64,000 nucleotides of DNA, taken from NCBI GenBank assembly GCA_964441775.1, contig CAYTVL010000006.1, positions 9,312 through 73,311 of the forward strand. The letters run 5' to 3'. A model generated the notes under the pieces. That model made no database searches. It was not told the DNA's origin and saw only the letters and a program-made list of their open reading frames with translations. The translations under genes were made by a program, and so were the position numbers. Numbering within the stretch: the first letter of the stretch is position 1; each line of letters begins with the position of its first letter. This document shows positions 9,723 to 18,072 of the stretch, piece by piece. This DNA comes from an uncultured Enterobacteriaceae bacterium (GTDB lineage: Bacteria > Desulfobacterota > Binatia > Bin18).

Positions 9723-12032
9723 TCAAATTCTGCTGTAGCGTTCCCGTAATCGTTGTCGCACCAGTTCTGCTACTGTGTTGACAATAAAAGTTAAGACGAA
9801 GAGCAGCAACGCCGCTAGAAACAGCACGCGATACAACGTGCCGCCATAAGGTGCTTCGGGAATCTCCACAGCGATGTTCGCGGATAATGCGCGGAATCCG
9901 CTGAACGGTAGGAAGTCCATCACGGGCGTATTGCCGGTCGCCATGAGCACGATCATGGTTTCTCCTACAGCACGGCCGAACCCGATCATCACGGCGGAGA
10001 ACAAGCCAGGGCTGGCCGTAGGCAACACGACGCGAATGGCGGTTTGCCAACGCGTGGCGCCGAGGGCGAGCGAACCAGAGATCAAATGCTGCGGCACGTT
10101 TGACAAGGCGTCCTCACAAATGGTGTAGATAATGGGAATGACGGCGAACCCCATCGCAAAGCCAACCACCAGCGAGTTACGGGGGTCATAACGCATACCC
10201 ACCGTCTCATAGAGCCACTGCGGGAAGTTGCCGTGAAAGAGTGCGGCCTCGAGCCAACTGTTGAGGCTGATACAGCCATAGAGCGCTGCAAGCAGAGCAG
10301 GCCCAAGCAGGATTAGCTCGACCCCGGGTTTGAGGCGACTGCGGGTCGCCAGCGGAAGCAAACGCCACAAGAAGGCTGTGACAAGACTGACTAACGGCAA
10401 CACGATCAGCATTAAGAGCACTGCAGGGACGAGTTTTTCGATGCGCGGGGCCAGCCACAGACCAGCAAAAAATCCTAAGACGACGCTGGGCAGCGCCGCC
10501 ATGACTTCCACGGTCGGCTTCACCATATTGCGCAAACTCGGGTGCATGAATTGCGAAGTGTAGAGCGCAGCGCAGATACTGATTGGTATCGCCAACAAGA
10601 GCGCGTAGAAAGTGCCTTTCAACGTACCGTATGCCAACGGCGTCAAGCTGAACTTCGGCTCAAAATCGTCCGTGCCGCTGGTCGATTGCCAAGTGAAATC
10701 GGGGCGTGGATAGCCTTCGTACCAGACTTTGCCAAACAGGGTCCGCAATGTAATCTCGGGATGCGGATTGCGGATCGTCCAACGATACAGTTGCCCATCG
10801 GTATCAACGGCCACAGCGCCATCAGCTTTTGGGGTGAAAGCAAGCAAGGGGAGAGGTTTTCCTGCAGTTTTCAGTTCCAGTAAGGTCTGTTCAGAAGTTG
10901 AGTGATGCAAGCATATGACGCCGGTCGCATCAGCAGTGACGAAGCCTTTGTCACGCGGAGAGGGCGCAATCGCCGTGATTGGGGCGTGATGCGGACGGAA
11001 TGTATGAATCTGATGAAACGGCGCATCCTGCTGATTTTGCGGGTTGCGAACTTGAAACCACACGCTTACGCCGCCGAGCGTATCGCCGACAATGATCGCG
11101 CGATCCCCAAACAGCCAGTTGAGTGCGCTGACACCGGCTTTCGTGGCCTGGCCAGGCATAAACTTATCAATAAAGTTTATACTATCAGACTCGTCGACTT
11201 GCCAATGGAGTACTTCGCCGGCAGCAGTGCCCACGAGAAGATTGGACTGGAAACGGTCTAGCGCCAGGGTCGTCGCGTCCGCTTGCAACTGCGAAGAGAG
11301 ATCCGTACGAAATTCTTCCACTTCGCCGGAACTCAAGAGCGAGGTCTGCTCTCGCTGCGCATAATAGAGAAGGGTGCGTGGACCGGCGAGCGCGGCCACC
11401 GTGATTTTTCCTTCCTCTTCGTGGTAGACAAATGAGGTAAGTGCGCGCCCCTCAGAGTCAACCCGCAGCGGTTTTCCCTCTCTCACTTCTGGTGAGATGG
11501 TGCGTACTCCATCCGTAAACTGAGCGGTAAAATTCAATTTAAGAGGGATCACGAGGCCGCCTGGGGCAGCCACCGCAATCATGTGGTGCAAGCCATCACG
11601 GTACGCGGCGGTTGGCCGCTGGCCGTTGAGCCCGCGAATTTCGTACTGCTGAATGAGTTGCTGCTTGTCCAGCGACAGAAACACAACTGAGCCGGTCGCG
11701 GTCAGCACATAGCCAATTTCCTGATACTCTTCGGTTCCCAGCACGAGGGGGGTGGCGCTGTTGCCGGTGATTGCGCTCAAATCAAGAGGTTTTCGCGCGC
11801 CAGCGGTGGGGGTTTTCCACAACGGCAACGTTTCGGCAACGATGACAAAGAGGATTGCCAGAATGCTGAGAATAATGGCGACGCCACCAGCCGTAATACA
11901 CACGCCCGCCGCTTTGTCGATCAGCTTTTTACGCTGTACCCGAGTTTTTCCCTCGGCAGCGTACAAACGAACATCCACTTGCGCGGCGGTTGCGGCTTTG
12001 TCTCCGATGCTTTGCTGATGTACGTTTGGCAT
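9723..12032 (-). CDS. pstC: Phosphate ABC transporter permease PstC, long form with a ~400-aa N-terminal periplasmic beta-propeller-like domain
   Basis: C-terminal 300 aa form the PstC permease core (EAA loop 'SGSLALGATRWQTAIRVVLP'). The N-terminus has a TM helix followed by WD40-like repeats ('GEVLHWQV', 'GGVSVWFQV', 'GQLYRWTI'). Confidence 0.85.
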   Translation of the reverse strand: MPNVHQQSIGDKAATAAQVDVRLYAAEGKTRVQRKKLIDKAAGVCITAGGVAIILSILAILFVIVAETLPLWKTPTAGARKPLDLSAITGNSATPLVLGTEEYQEIGYVLTATGSVVFLSLDKQQLIQQYEIRGLNGQRPTAAYRDGLHHMIAVAAPGGLVIPLKLNFTAQFTDGVRTISPEVREGKPLRVDSEGRALTSFVYHEEEGKITVAALAGPRTLLYYAQREQTSLLSSGEVEEFRTDLSSQLQADATTLALDRFQSNLLVGTAAGEVLHWQVDESDSINFIDKFMPGQATKAGVSALNWLFGDRAIIVGDTLGGVSVWFQVRNPQNQQDAPFHQIHTFRPHHAPITAIAPSPRDKGFVTADATGVICLHHSTSEQTLLELKTAGKPLPLLAFTPKADGAVAVDTDGQLYRWTIRNPHPEITLRTLFGKVWYEGYPRPDFTWQSTSGTDDFEPKFSLTPLAYGTLKGTFYALLLAIPISICAALYTSQFMHPSLRNMVKPTVEVMAALPSVVLGFFAGLWLAPRIEKLVPAVLLMLIVLPLVSLVTAFLWRLLPLATRSRLKPGVELILLGPALLAALYGCISLNSWLEAALFHGNFPQWLYETVGMRYDPRNSLVVGFAMGFAVIPIIYTICEDALSNVPQHLISGSLALGATRWQTAIRVVLPTASPGLFSAVMIGFGRAVGETMIVLMATGNTPVMDFLPFSGFRALSANIAVEIPEAPYGGTLYRVLFLAALLLFVLTFIVNTVAELVRQRLRERYSRI

Positions 12033-12068
12033 GAGTGGTCACCTTCGTGTGATGAGCAGTGAAGTCGT

Positions 12069-12095
12069 GGGGCAAGTTCATTTCTCATTTGCCCC
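12069..12095 (-). terminator. Intercistronic stem-loop between pstS and pstC (candidate attenuator)
   Basis: GGGGCAA-n13-TTGCCCC in the 106-bp pstS-pstC gap. Confidence 0.4.
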
Positions 12096-12138
12096 ATGGA
12101 GAAAATGATCCGGCGACCTGGGAATATGGCAGCCTTGA

Positions 12139-13137
12139 CTACTGAAGTTTTGCTACCTCTTCTTTCACAGTCGAAGCAGGGAGGGGATAGTAACCATCTT
12201 TGATAACAATCTCTTGCCCTTCCTTACTGAAAACAAATTTACAAAATTCCCGGACCAGCGGATCAAGCGGCTTGTCCGGGGCCCGATTGATATAGATGAA
12301 AAGGAAGCGGCTTAACGGATAGCTGCCGTTTACCACGTTCTGATAGTTCGCTTCGTGAAAAGAATCGCCCTGTTTCCCCGCCAATGGCACGGCGCGCACG
12401 CCAGAGGTAGCGTAGCCGATGCCGCTGTAGCCCGCACCGTTGCGGTCTTCGCTGACGCCTTGCACCACAGAGGCGGAGCCAGGTTGTTCTTTCACAGTAT
12501 CCTTATAGTCGCCGTTGCATAGGGCATGTTCCTTGAAGAAACCATACGTGCCCGAGGCCGAATTACGACCATAGAGGCTGATCGGCGAACCCGTCCACGC
12601 GCCGTCGGCACCAACTTCTCCCCACGTTTTCGCCTCCGTTCCTTTGCAGCGATAAGTTTTGGAGAAGATATTATCCACTTGTGTAAGAGTGAGACCTTTA
12701 ACTGGGTTGTCTTTGTGAACAAATACCGCCAGCGAGTCGAGCGAAGTACGGATGGCTGTGGGTTTGTACCCATATTTCGCTTCGAAAGCGTCTACTTCAT
12801 TCCCTTTCATGGACCGGGACATGGGACCGAGTTGCGCCGTGCCTTCGATCAAAGCAGGCGGGGCCGTACTGGAGCCTTTCCCTTCGATCTGAATGTTGAC
12901 GTTGGGATAGATTTTCTTGAAACCTTCCGCCCAGAAAGTCATCAAGTTGTTAAGAGTGTCAGAGCCTATACTACTGAGGTTTCCAGAAATACCACCCACC
13001 GGCTGGTAGGAAGGAATAGAAGGGTCCACTTGCACGGCGTTCTGCGCAGCGACGGGCCCTGCCCACGCGATGACGCTAACAGCAATACAGGTGACGAGTG
13101 CACTTCGCCAGGACATAGCATTTTTCATATCATTCAT
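12139..13137 (-). CDS. pstS: Phosphate ABC transporter substrate-binding protein PstS
   Basis: Signal peptide, then a PBP fold with the PstS motifs 'GSDT', 'SRS', '[10 protein letters not shown]' and 'GIGYATSG'. First gene of the pst operon. Confidence 0.9.
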   Translation of the reverse strand: MNDMKNAMSWRSALVTCIAVSVIAWAGPVAAQNAVQVDPSIPSYQPVGGISGNLSSIGSDTLNNLMTFWAEGFKKIYPNVNIQIEGKGSSTAPPALIEGTAQLGPMSRSMKGNEVDAFEAKYGYKPTAIRTSLDSLAVFVHKDNPVKGLTLTQVDNIFSKTYRCKGTEAKTWGEVGADGAWTGSPISLYGRNSASGTYGFFKEHALCNGDYKDTVKEQPGSASVVQGVSEDRNGAGYSGIGYATSGVRAVPLAGKQGDSFHEANYQNVVNGSYPLSRFLFIYINRAPDKPLDPLVREFCKFVFSKEGQEIVIKDGYYPLPASTVKEEVAKLQ

Positions 13138-13158
13138 ATGGTCTTCCTTAATGAAGAA

Positions 13159-13189
13159 ATGTTACAAGCATGTTACAGCGCAATGACAA
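13159..13189 (-). promoter_or_regulatory. Pho box (three 7-bp PhoB half-sites at 11-bp spacing) in the pstS promoter
   Basis: Minus-strand read: cTTGTCAT-tgcg-CTGTAAC-atgc-TTGTAAC-a. Compare the E. coli Pho box CTGTCAT-N4-CTGTCAT. Lies 22-52 bp upstream of the pstS ATG. Confidence 0.65.
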
Positions 13190-13208
13190 GGTGATGACGA
13201 AGAGTTCA

Positions 13209-13311
13209 CCCGGCGATTTATCGCCGGGCTCTGGGGCAGCGCCCTATGAATGGAGCTTGAAGCTAGCTTCAACCAGCGTTGCTGCGTAGCCCGGACATTT
13301 CATGTCCGGGC
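13209..13311 (-). terminator. Two GC hairpins downstream of the porin gene / upstream of pstS
   Basis: CCCGGCGA-TTTA-TCGCCGGG (13209-13228) and GCCCGGACAT-TTC-ATGTCCGGGC (13289-13311). Confidence 0.5.
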
Positions 13312-13339
13312 GGAGTGCGCCAATCTTTTGCATCTCAGT

Positions 13340-14779
13340 TTAGAACGCCAACACTGCGTCGAGTTGGAAGCGGTTGACCATAGAATTCGACTGCCCGTGG
13401 GGGCGGTTGATGTACGAGACAAAATGATTCTTCGCGGTCAGCGTCAATCGCGGCAACAACAAGTAATCGATGCGTGCGATCGGCCCCGTGACATTCGTTC
13501 CTCCATCGCGGCCATAGTCGCTGTAGCTGAACATCGACAGCACAGATTCTGTCTCGACCCGGCCCCACAAGGCGGAGAACATCCAATCCCCAGGGTTCTT
13601 CAACACACCAACTGAGGCGCCAGCCCAGATCGCCATATCATCATTATTGTACGCTTCCACGTTCTGCGCGTAATCAAAGAACAACCCCACCGGCCATTGT
13701 GGATGTCCCGTGTTGATATCCAATTGCCCGTTCGCATTGAAGATGTTCCAGCCACTGGCAAAGTTCCTGAGCGTAAAGCCAGGCAGCGTCCCCGTCTGGT
13801 TGAAACCACCAGGAACGATCCTTTCCACGCCTTTCGCATTTCTGAACAGCAAGGCGTTCGTATATTTGAGTGAGGAATTCGCGGTGACTTGTTGGGCAAG
13901 CAATCGCGGCTTTATGAAGTTATAGTCGGCCACGGCTAACGTGAGATTCATCTGCGGCGAGAGGGCAAAATTCCCCACCAGTTGTCCACCCATCATCCAG
14001 GAATCCGCCCGGTTCGAGACTTCCTTTAGCGCCCACTCCGCTACGTGCAGTTGCAGCTTACGCAAAATCCCTTCGCTGGCGCTATAGAAGGTAAAGGTTT
14101 CATTCGCTCCTTCGGGGTTGAGGTCGTCATCCCATATCATCTCAGAATTCATGCCAGCGCGGGGTCGAAACAACGGATTGGCAAATTTCCCCGCCGTCAT
14201 CGAAAACGGAGCCCACTCCATATCTTTTAACAAGCTAAAGCTGTTTTTGGGCGTGAACGTGATATACGCTTGATCAAGGTTGATGGGCTTCTTGGTAAAC
14301 AAGTTATCCATCGTCTGGTTAGCCGAGATGGGATCGTTGGGATCGCCGCTGGCGAGCCGCAGGCCTCCTTCGATCTCATCGCTAATCTTATATTTGACAC
14401 CAAACCGGAGGCGAATCCGCTCACGATTGCGCGCATGCGAATTGATGCCCCGGCCATTTTCCTGATAGATGCCTTCCCAGCGAGCGCGCATATCGCCCGA
14501 AAACGAGAGGCGGTTGAGCCAGTCCTGGTCGGATTTGACTGCTTTGACGGGGTCACGGCGATACGCTTCCACGCCGGCCTCACGCGCTTCGTTTTCTACT
14601 TTTGCTCGTTGGCGCAATTCGTCGGCTTTGCTCTTACTGATTTTCCCATCGGCTTCAAGGACTTCAATCAATTCCTCGGCGACACTTTTGCTCTGGGCGT
14701 AGGCCCGCGTTGCCCCGATAAGGCCCATGACCATTCCTCCCGCGCACAGCAGCGAGAGGCTTTTTCTCCCTAATTGCAT
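13340..14779 (-). CDS. Outer-membrane porin (putative Pho-regulated, OprO/OprP-like role)
   Basis: Signal peptide, an N-terminal coiled-coil segment, then an amphipathic beta-strand-rich body ending in an aromatic C-terminus (...LDAVLAF). Adjacent to pstS, with a Pho-box array upstream. Confidence 0.5.
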   Translation of the reverse strand: MQLGRKSLSLLCAGGMVMGLIGATRAYAQSKSVAEELIEVLEADGKISKSKADELRQRAKVENEAREAGVEAYRRDPVKAVKSDQDWLNRLSFSGDMRARWEGIYQENGRGINSHARNRERIRLRFGVKYKISDEIEGGLRLASGDPNDPISANQTMDNLFTKKPINLDQAYITFTPKNSFSLLKDMEWAPFSMTAGKFANPLFRPRAGMNSEMIWDDDLNPEGANETFTFYSASEGILRKLQLHVAEWALKEVSNRADSWMMGGQLVGNFALSPQMNLTLAVADYNFIKPRLLAQQVTANSSLKYTNALLFRNAKGVERIVPGGFNQTGTLPGFTLRNFASGWNIFNANGQLDINTGHPQWPVGLFFDYAQNVEAYNNDDMAIWAGASVGVLKNPGDWMFSALWGRVETESVLSMFSYSDYGRDGGTNVTGPIARIDYLLLPRLTLTAKNHFVSYINRPHGQSNSMVNRFQLDAVLAF

Positions 14780-14922
14780 AGATTGCCTTCTCCTTCTTCC
14801 TTGCCAAGATGTTTTTGAGACGGTTCAGCAGGAACTGGTGTTGAGGCTTTCGTCTTTACCATGTGGACAAAGCGCACCACCTCCTTCTCCCCAATAGGTA
14901 TGAGAGGAGAGTAGCGGCCCCG

Positions 14923-14962
14923 TGTTACAGCATTGTGACCCGGTGGTTACTTGTTTGTGACA
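14923..14962. promoter_or_regulatory. Pho-box-like array (four half-sites at 11-bp period) upstream of the porin gene
   Basis: TGTTACA-gcat-TGTGACC-cggt-GGTTACT-tgtt-TGTGACA, about 145-185 bp upstream of the porin start. TGTTACA is the reverse complement of the pstS half-site TGTAACA. Confidence 0.5.
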
Positions 14963-15017
14963 GGCCACGACCGAGGAGAGGGAAAAGAGTGAAGCGGGAA
15001 CTTGCGAAAAGCAAATT

Positions 15018-15419
15018 TCACAAAGGATGGCTCCAGGTGGCGTCCGTGTACTCTCCCACGGTAGCTTCCACCAACATACAGAGCTCGGTCACGGAGAACG
15101 GTTTTCCCAAACAGTGACGAACCCCGTTACGCAGGAGTTCGTGGTGGAGTTGCACGGAATTGAGCGCACTCAAAACGATGACGGGCAGGGCAGCGATCTG
15201 TCTCCGTGGATGGCGGCGAATCGCGTCAAGCACTTGCCAACCGCTTTGCAGAGGAAGGAGTAAATCCAACGTCACGAGATGGGGACAAAACTCTTCAATC
15301 AAGTGAAGGGCTTCGACTCCATCGTAAGCGGCGGCGACCCGATATCCAGCCTGTTCGAGGTTATACGTAATTAAATTTGAAATGCTCAGTTCATCTTCAA
15401 CAACCAGAATGCGTTTCAC
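15018..15419 (-). CDS. Single-domain response regulator (CheY-like receiver)
   Basis: 'ILVVEDE', 'LVTLDLLLP' and 'LSAL' receiver motifs. 133 aa. Confidence 0.8.
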   Translation of the reverse strand: MKRILVVEDELSISNLITYNLEQAGYRVAAAYDGVEALHLIEEFCPHLVTLDLLLPLQSGWQVLDAIRRHPRRQIAALPVIVLSALNSVQLHHELLRNGVRHCLGKPFSVTELCMLVEATVGEYTDATWSHPL

Positions 15420-15601
15420 GCGGTGATCCTCCTACTGATTTAGTATCGCACCGCTTCTTTGCAGGACTATGACAGCGCGATGAACAACCCGTGAAACTGG
15501 GGCGCGAGCGCACGTTTTCTTGCCATGCCGCGTGGAAAGGCATATAAGCCAGCCATGCGTGCTCAAAAGGTGGGACGTAAAACAATAAGGAGGAACTGAC
15601 C

Positions 15602-15907
15602 ATGATCGTGATTGCTGGAACAATTCCGGTCAAACCTGAATGCCGCGAGCAAGCGTACAAGCTCGCGAGTCTGCTGGAGCAGGAGACTCGCAAAGAACCT
15701 GGCTGCTTCATGTACACGTTTTATGCGGATCGGAACGACCCAAGTACGTTCTTTATTTTTGAAGAATGGGAATCCGACGAAGCGTTAGCGAAGCATTTTC
15801 AGACTGAGCACATGAAACAGTTCATGCAGCAGGCTCCGCAAATTTTGGCGGGTCCGCCGGTCGCGAAAAAGTACACGGTCACTTCAGCGGCGCCGCTGTC
15901 GGTCTGA
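15602..15907 (+). CDS. Antibiotic-biosynthesis-monooxygenase (ABM) family protein
   Basis: 101 aa with a 'FMYTFYADRNDPSTFFIFEEWESDEALAKH' ABM fold signature. RBS AAGGAGG upstream. Confidence 0.7.
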   Translation: MIVIAGTIPVKPECREQAYKLASLLEQETRKEPGCFMYTFYADRNDPSTFFIFEEWESDEALAKHFQTEHMKQFMQQAPQILAGPPVAKKYTVTSAAPLSV

Positions 15908-15925
15908 TGAGCGAACGAGGAAATT

Positions 15926-16432
15926 ATGAACAACCTCACGACGATGGGGCAGACCGTCGGTGCGCTGCTCAAAGAGCGTCAGCACACGATCTCTGTTGCC
16001 GAATCGTCTGCTGGCGGGTTGATCTCCGCTGTGCTGGTGGCGGTGCCAGGCGCGTCCGCGTTCTTCTTAGGCGGCAGCGTGATCTACACGCTTGAAGCGC
16101 GGCGTTTGTTGCTCAATCTCAAAGACGAAGAGTTCGCTGGAGTGCGGGCGAGCACGGAGGAGTATGCGCTACGCATGGCGCGGGCAGTCCGGCAATTGTT
16201 CGGCACGACCTGGGGGGTGAGCGAAACTGGCGCCACCGGTCCGACCGGCAATCGTTACGGCGACGCCGCAGGCCACGCCTGCGTCGCGGTCGCTGGTCCG
16301 GTTGAACGCGTGCTCACGATCGAGACGCGCCACTCGGGGCGCGAAATGAACATGTGGATGTTTACCGCCACCGCGATCGAGCTACTCGAAACCTGCATTC
16401 GCCAAAATAATGCCTCGCCCCAAGGAGCATGA
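15926..16432 (+). CDS. CinA C-terminal-domain protein (nicotinamide-nucleotide amidohydrolase PncC-like)
   Basis: 'VAESSAGGLISAVL' and 'GGSVIYT' motifs of the CinA_C family. 168 aa. Confidence 0.75.
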   Translation: MNNLTTMGQTVGALLKERQHTISVAESSAGGLISAVLVAVPGASAFFLGGSVIYTLEARRLLLNLKDEEFAGVRASTEEYALRMARAVRQLFGTTWGVSETGATGPTGNRYGDAAGHACVAVAGPVERVLTIETRHSGREMNMWMFTATAIELLETCIRQNNASPQGA

Positions 16433-16436
16433 GGAG

Positions 16437-16532
16437 TCATTCTGAGCCGAAGCGAAGGCGAAGAATCTCGCAAAGGTAAGACCGCTATGAGATTCTTCGG
16501 CCTCCGGCCTCAGAATGACAACCCCATTTTTT
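16437..16532. terminator. Long (~33-bp arm) inverted repeat, bidirectional terminator between convergent genes
   Basis: GTCATTCTGAGCCGAAGCGAAGGCGAAGAATCTC ... GAGATTCTTCGGCCTCCGGCCTCAGAATGAC. Confidence 0.55.
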
Positions 16533-16533
16533 G

Positions 16534-17313
16534 CTACAGATCAATCGGCAGTTCGAGATACTGCTGGTAAATAAAATCGCGATGCTCAAAGAGTAGCGGA
16601 TGCGACGCCGCTTGGATGGTCGGGTCAGTATTAGTGTACATCGTGCGAAACGATTTCGGCATGGGGCATTGCTCGTGCGGCAGCGGCTGAAGCAACGCGG
16701 CGAACGCCGCCCAGTAAATATCCAAGGCGGATAACTGGTTGCCAATGAAGAAACGGCTACCCTTTGAGCGCTGTTGTTCGAGGCGAGCGGTTAACGTCCG
16801 CAGAATTTCCGCGCACCGTGCTGGCGCTGCTTGCGCCTCTGACGTGTTGTAGCCGTACTTGTTGCCTAGGTACTGAGAAAACCCCAAACTTTTCGGGTCT
16901 GCGTTTGGGTTGGAGAGGGCAGGGTGCAAGAGCAGAAGACGCTTTGACCAGCCAAGCCCATGTTCGCCACAGAGCTCGTTACAGTAGCCAAACATCGCCA
17001 TGCGCTCGTCAATGCTCTCGGGGATCAATGCGGGAGCAGGTTGCAACCGTTCGGCGAGATACAATTGTTGAATCCAGGTTGAACGCGGCGGCTCATCATT
17101 CCAGGCGAACACCGGCGCGGTTGCCTGCGCCGACCATTCATACAGCGCGCGGTTTTCCCCGCCAATCTCTTGGCGCACCCGCACATAGGGAATCTTCTTG
17201 ATATGCAAAATCCCCTTGGCTGCTTCGCTCCACGGACCCGGGACGCCGGGCGACAGGACAACTCTGAGCCCCGACATGGGGCGCGCTTCTTCTACACTAA
17301 GATATTCCGCCAT
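16534..17313 (-). CDS. Glutathione S-transferase-like protein
   Basis: N-terminal thioredoxin-like segment (GPWSEAAKGILHIKKIPY) and a C-terminal helical GST_C-like segment (LSALDIYWAAF). Weak call. Confidence 0.45.
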   Translation of the reverse strand: MAEYLSVEEARPMSGLRVVLSPGVPGPWSEAAKGILHIKKIPYVRVRQEIGGENRALYEWSAQATAPVFAWNDEPPRSTWIQQLYLAERLQPAPALIPESIDERMAMFGYCNELCGEHGLGWSKRLLLLHPALSNPNADPKSLGFSQYLGNKYGYNTSEAQAAPARCAEILRTLTARLEQQRSKGSRFFIGNQLSALDIYWAAFAALLQPLPHEQCPMPKSFRTMYTNTDPTIQAASHPLLFEHRDFIYQQYLELPIDL

Positions 17314-17328
17314 TTGCTTGCTCCTCGC

Positions 17329-17898
17329 TTAACGCATGCCTTCTTCGCCTTTTCCTGGCGAGTAGTGATACAAAACCGAAATGGTGCGGTCCTTAAAAAA
17401 CCACTGTCCTTGCTCTTTGACGAGTACGTCGTCGTAACGACCAGCCAGGATACAGACGTCGCCATCGGGATCGAGAAAATCAGAGTCGAAATAGGTGGAA
17501 GCCGTGGCCGTGTCGCCGCTCATGACGAGGTAAGGTTCAAAGAGCTTGTGCCTCGGGTGGCGGTACGCCCCCGGTCGCGCCTGGTAGAATTGCCCATACC
17601 ACGCCTCAATCGTATCACGACCAGCATGTTTCTTACCGCTTTCAAACGAGACGGCGAACGCCGCATCACGATGAAACAGCAAGCTCAGCGCCTCGAGCTG
17701 ACCACGATCAAGCGCGTAGCAGTATTTGCTCAAAAGCTGCCGAGCGCTTTCGTAGTCGTTTCCAGTTGCGGATGCTGAAGTCGTGCGGCGCACACTAGCA
17801 GTACGGCGCGCCGATTGCGCACGGCGCGCGGGTTTCTTGACGACTTTTGTTGGCTTTCGTGCTGCCTTTGCTTTTTTTGCCGCGCGCGCTGTCGCCAT
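17329..17898 (-). CDS. NTF2/SnoaL-like domain protein with Lys/Ala/Arg-rich histone-H1-like N-terminal tail
   Basis: The first ~50 aa are KKAKAARKPTKVVKKPARR... The body resembles SnoaL/NTF2-like (YCYALDRGQLEALSLLF...WFFKDRTI). Confidence 0.5.
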   Translation of the reverse strand: MATARAAKKAKAARKPTKVVKKPARRAQSARRTASVRRTTSASATGNDYESARQLLSKYCYALDRGQLEALSLLFHRDAAFAVSFESGKKHAGRDTIEAWYGQFYQARPGAYRHPRHKLFEPYLVMSGDTATASTYFDSDFLDPDGDVCILAGRYDDVLVKEQGQWFFKDRTISVLYHYSPGKGEEGMR

Positions 17899-18072
17899 AC
17901 TTCTCTCCTTCCTTCGACCGTACAGTTACGAACTTTTTGTGAGCTGACCGTCATGAGCGTTTCTTGTGTTGACACTCGTGAGGCTTTCGTGAACAGTGGT
18001 CTTTTCAGATTTTGCGACGACACGCCTGCTATTGTCAAGCGAAACGTCTTCTCTCTCAGGATTTTTTTCATG

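Noticed and set aside
12526-13194. Long antisense ORFs inside pstS, cheA, the HAMP-MCP and other genes (e.g. 12526-13194 +, 49613-50647 -, 30114-31208 -, 41942-42829 +)
   Set aside because: These are typical high-GC shadow ORFs opposite well-supported genes, with Arg/Ala/Pro-rich or low-complexity translations.
17815-18072. 5' extension of the MATE ORF
   Set aside because: It would overlap the convergent NTF2-like gene by ~80 bp and has no membrane-protein character. An internal ATG at 18073 gives a normal MATE N-terminus.
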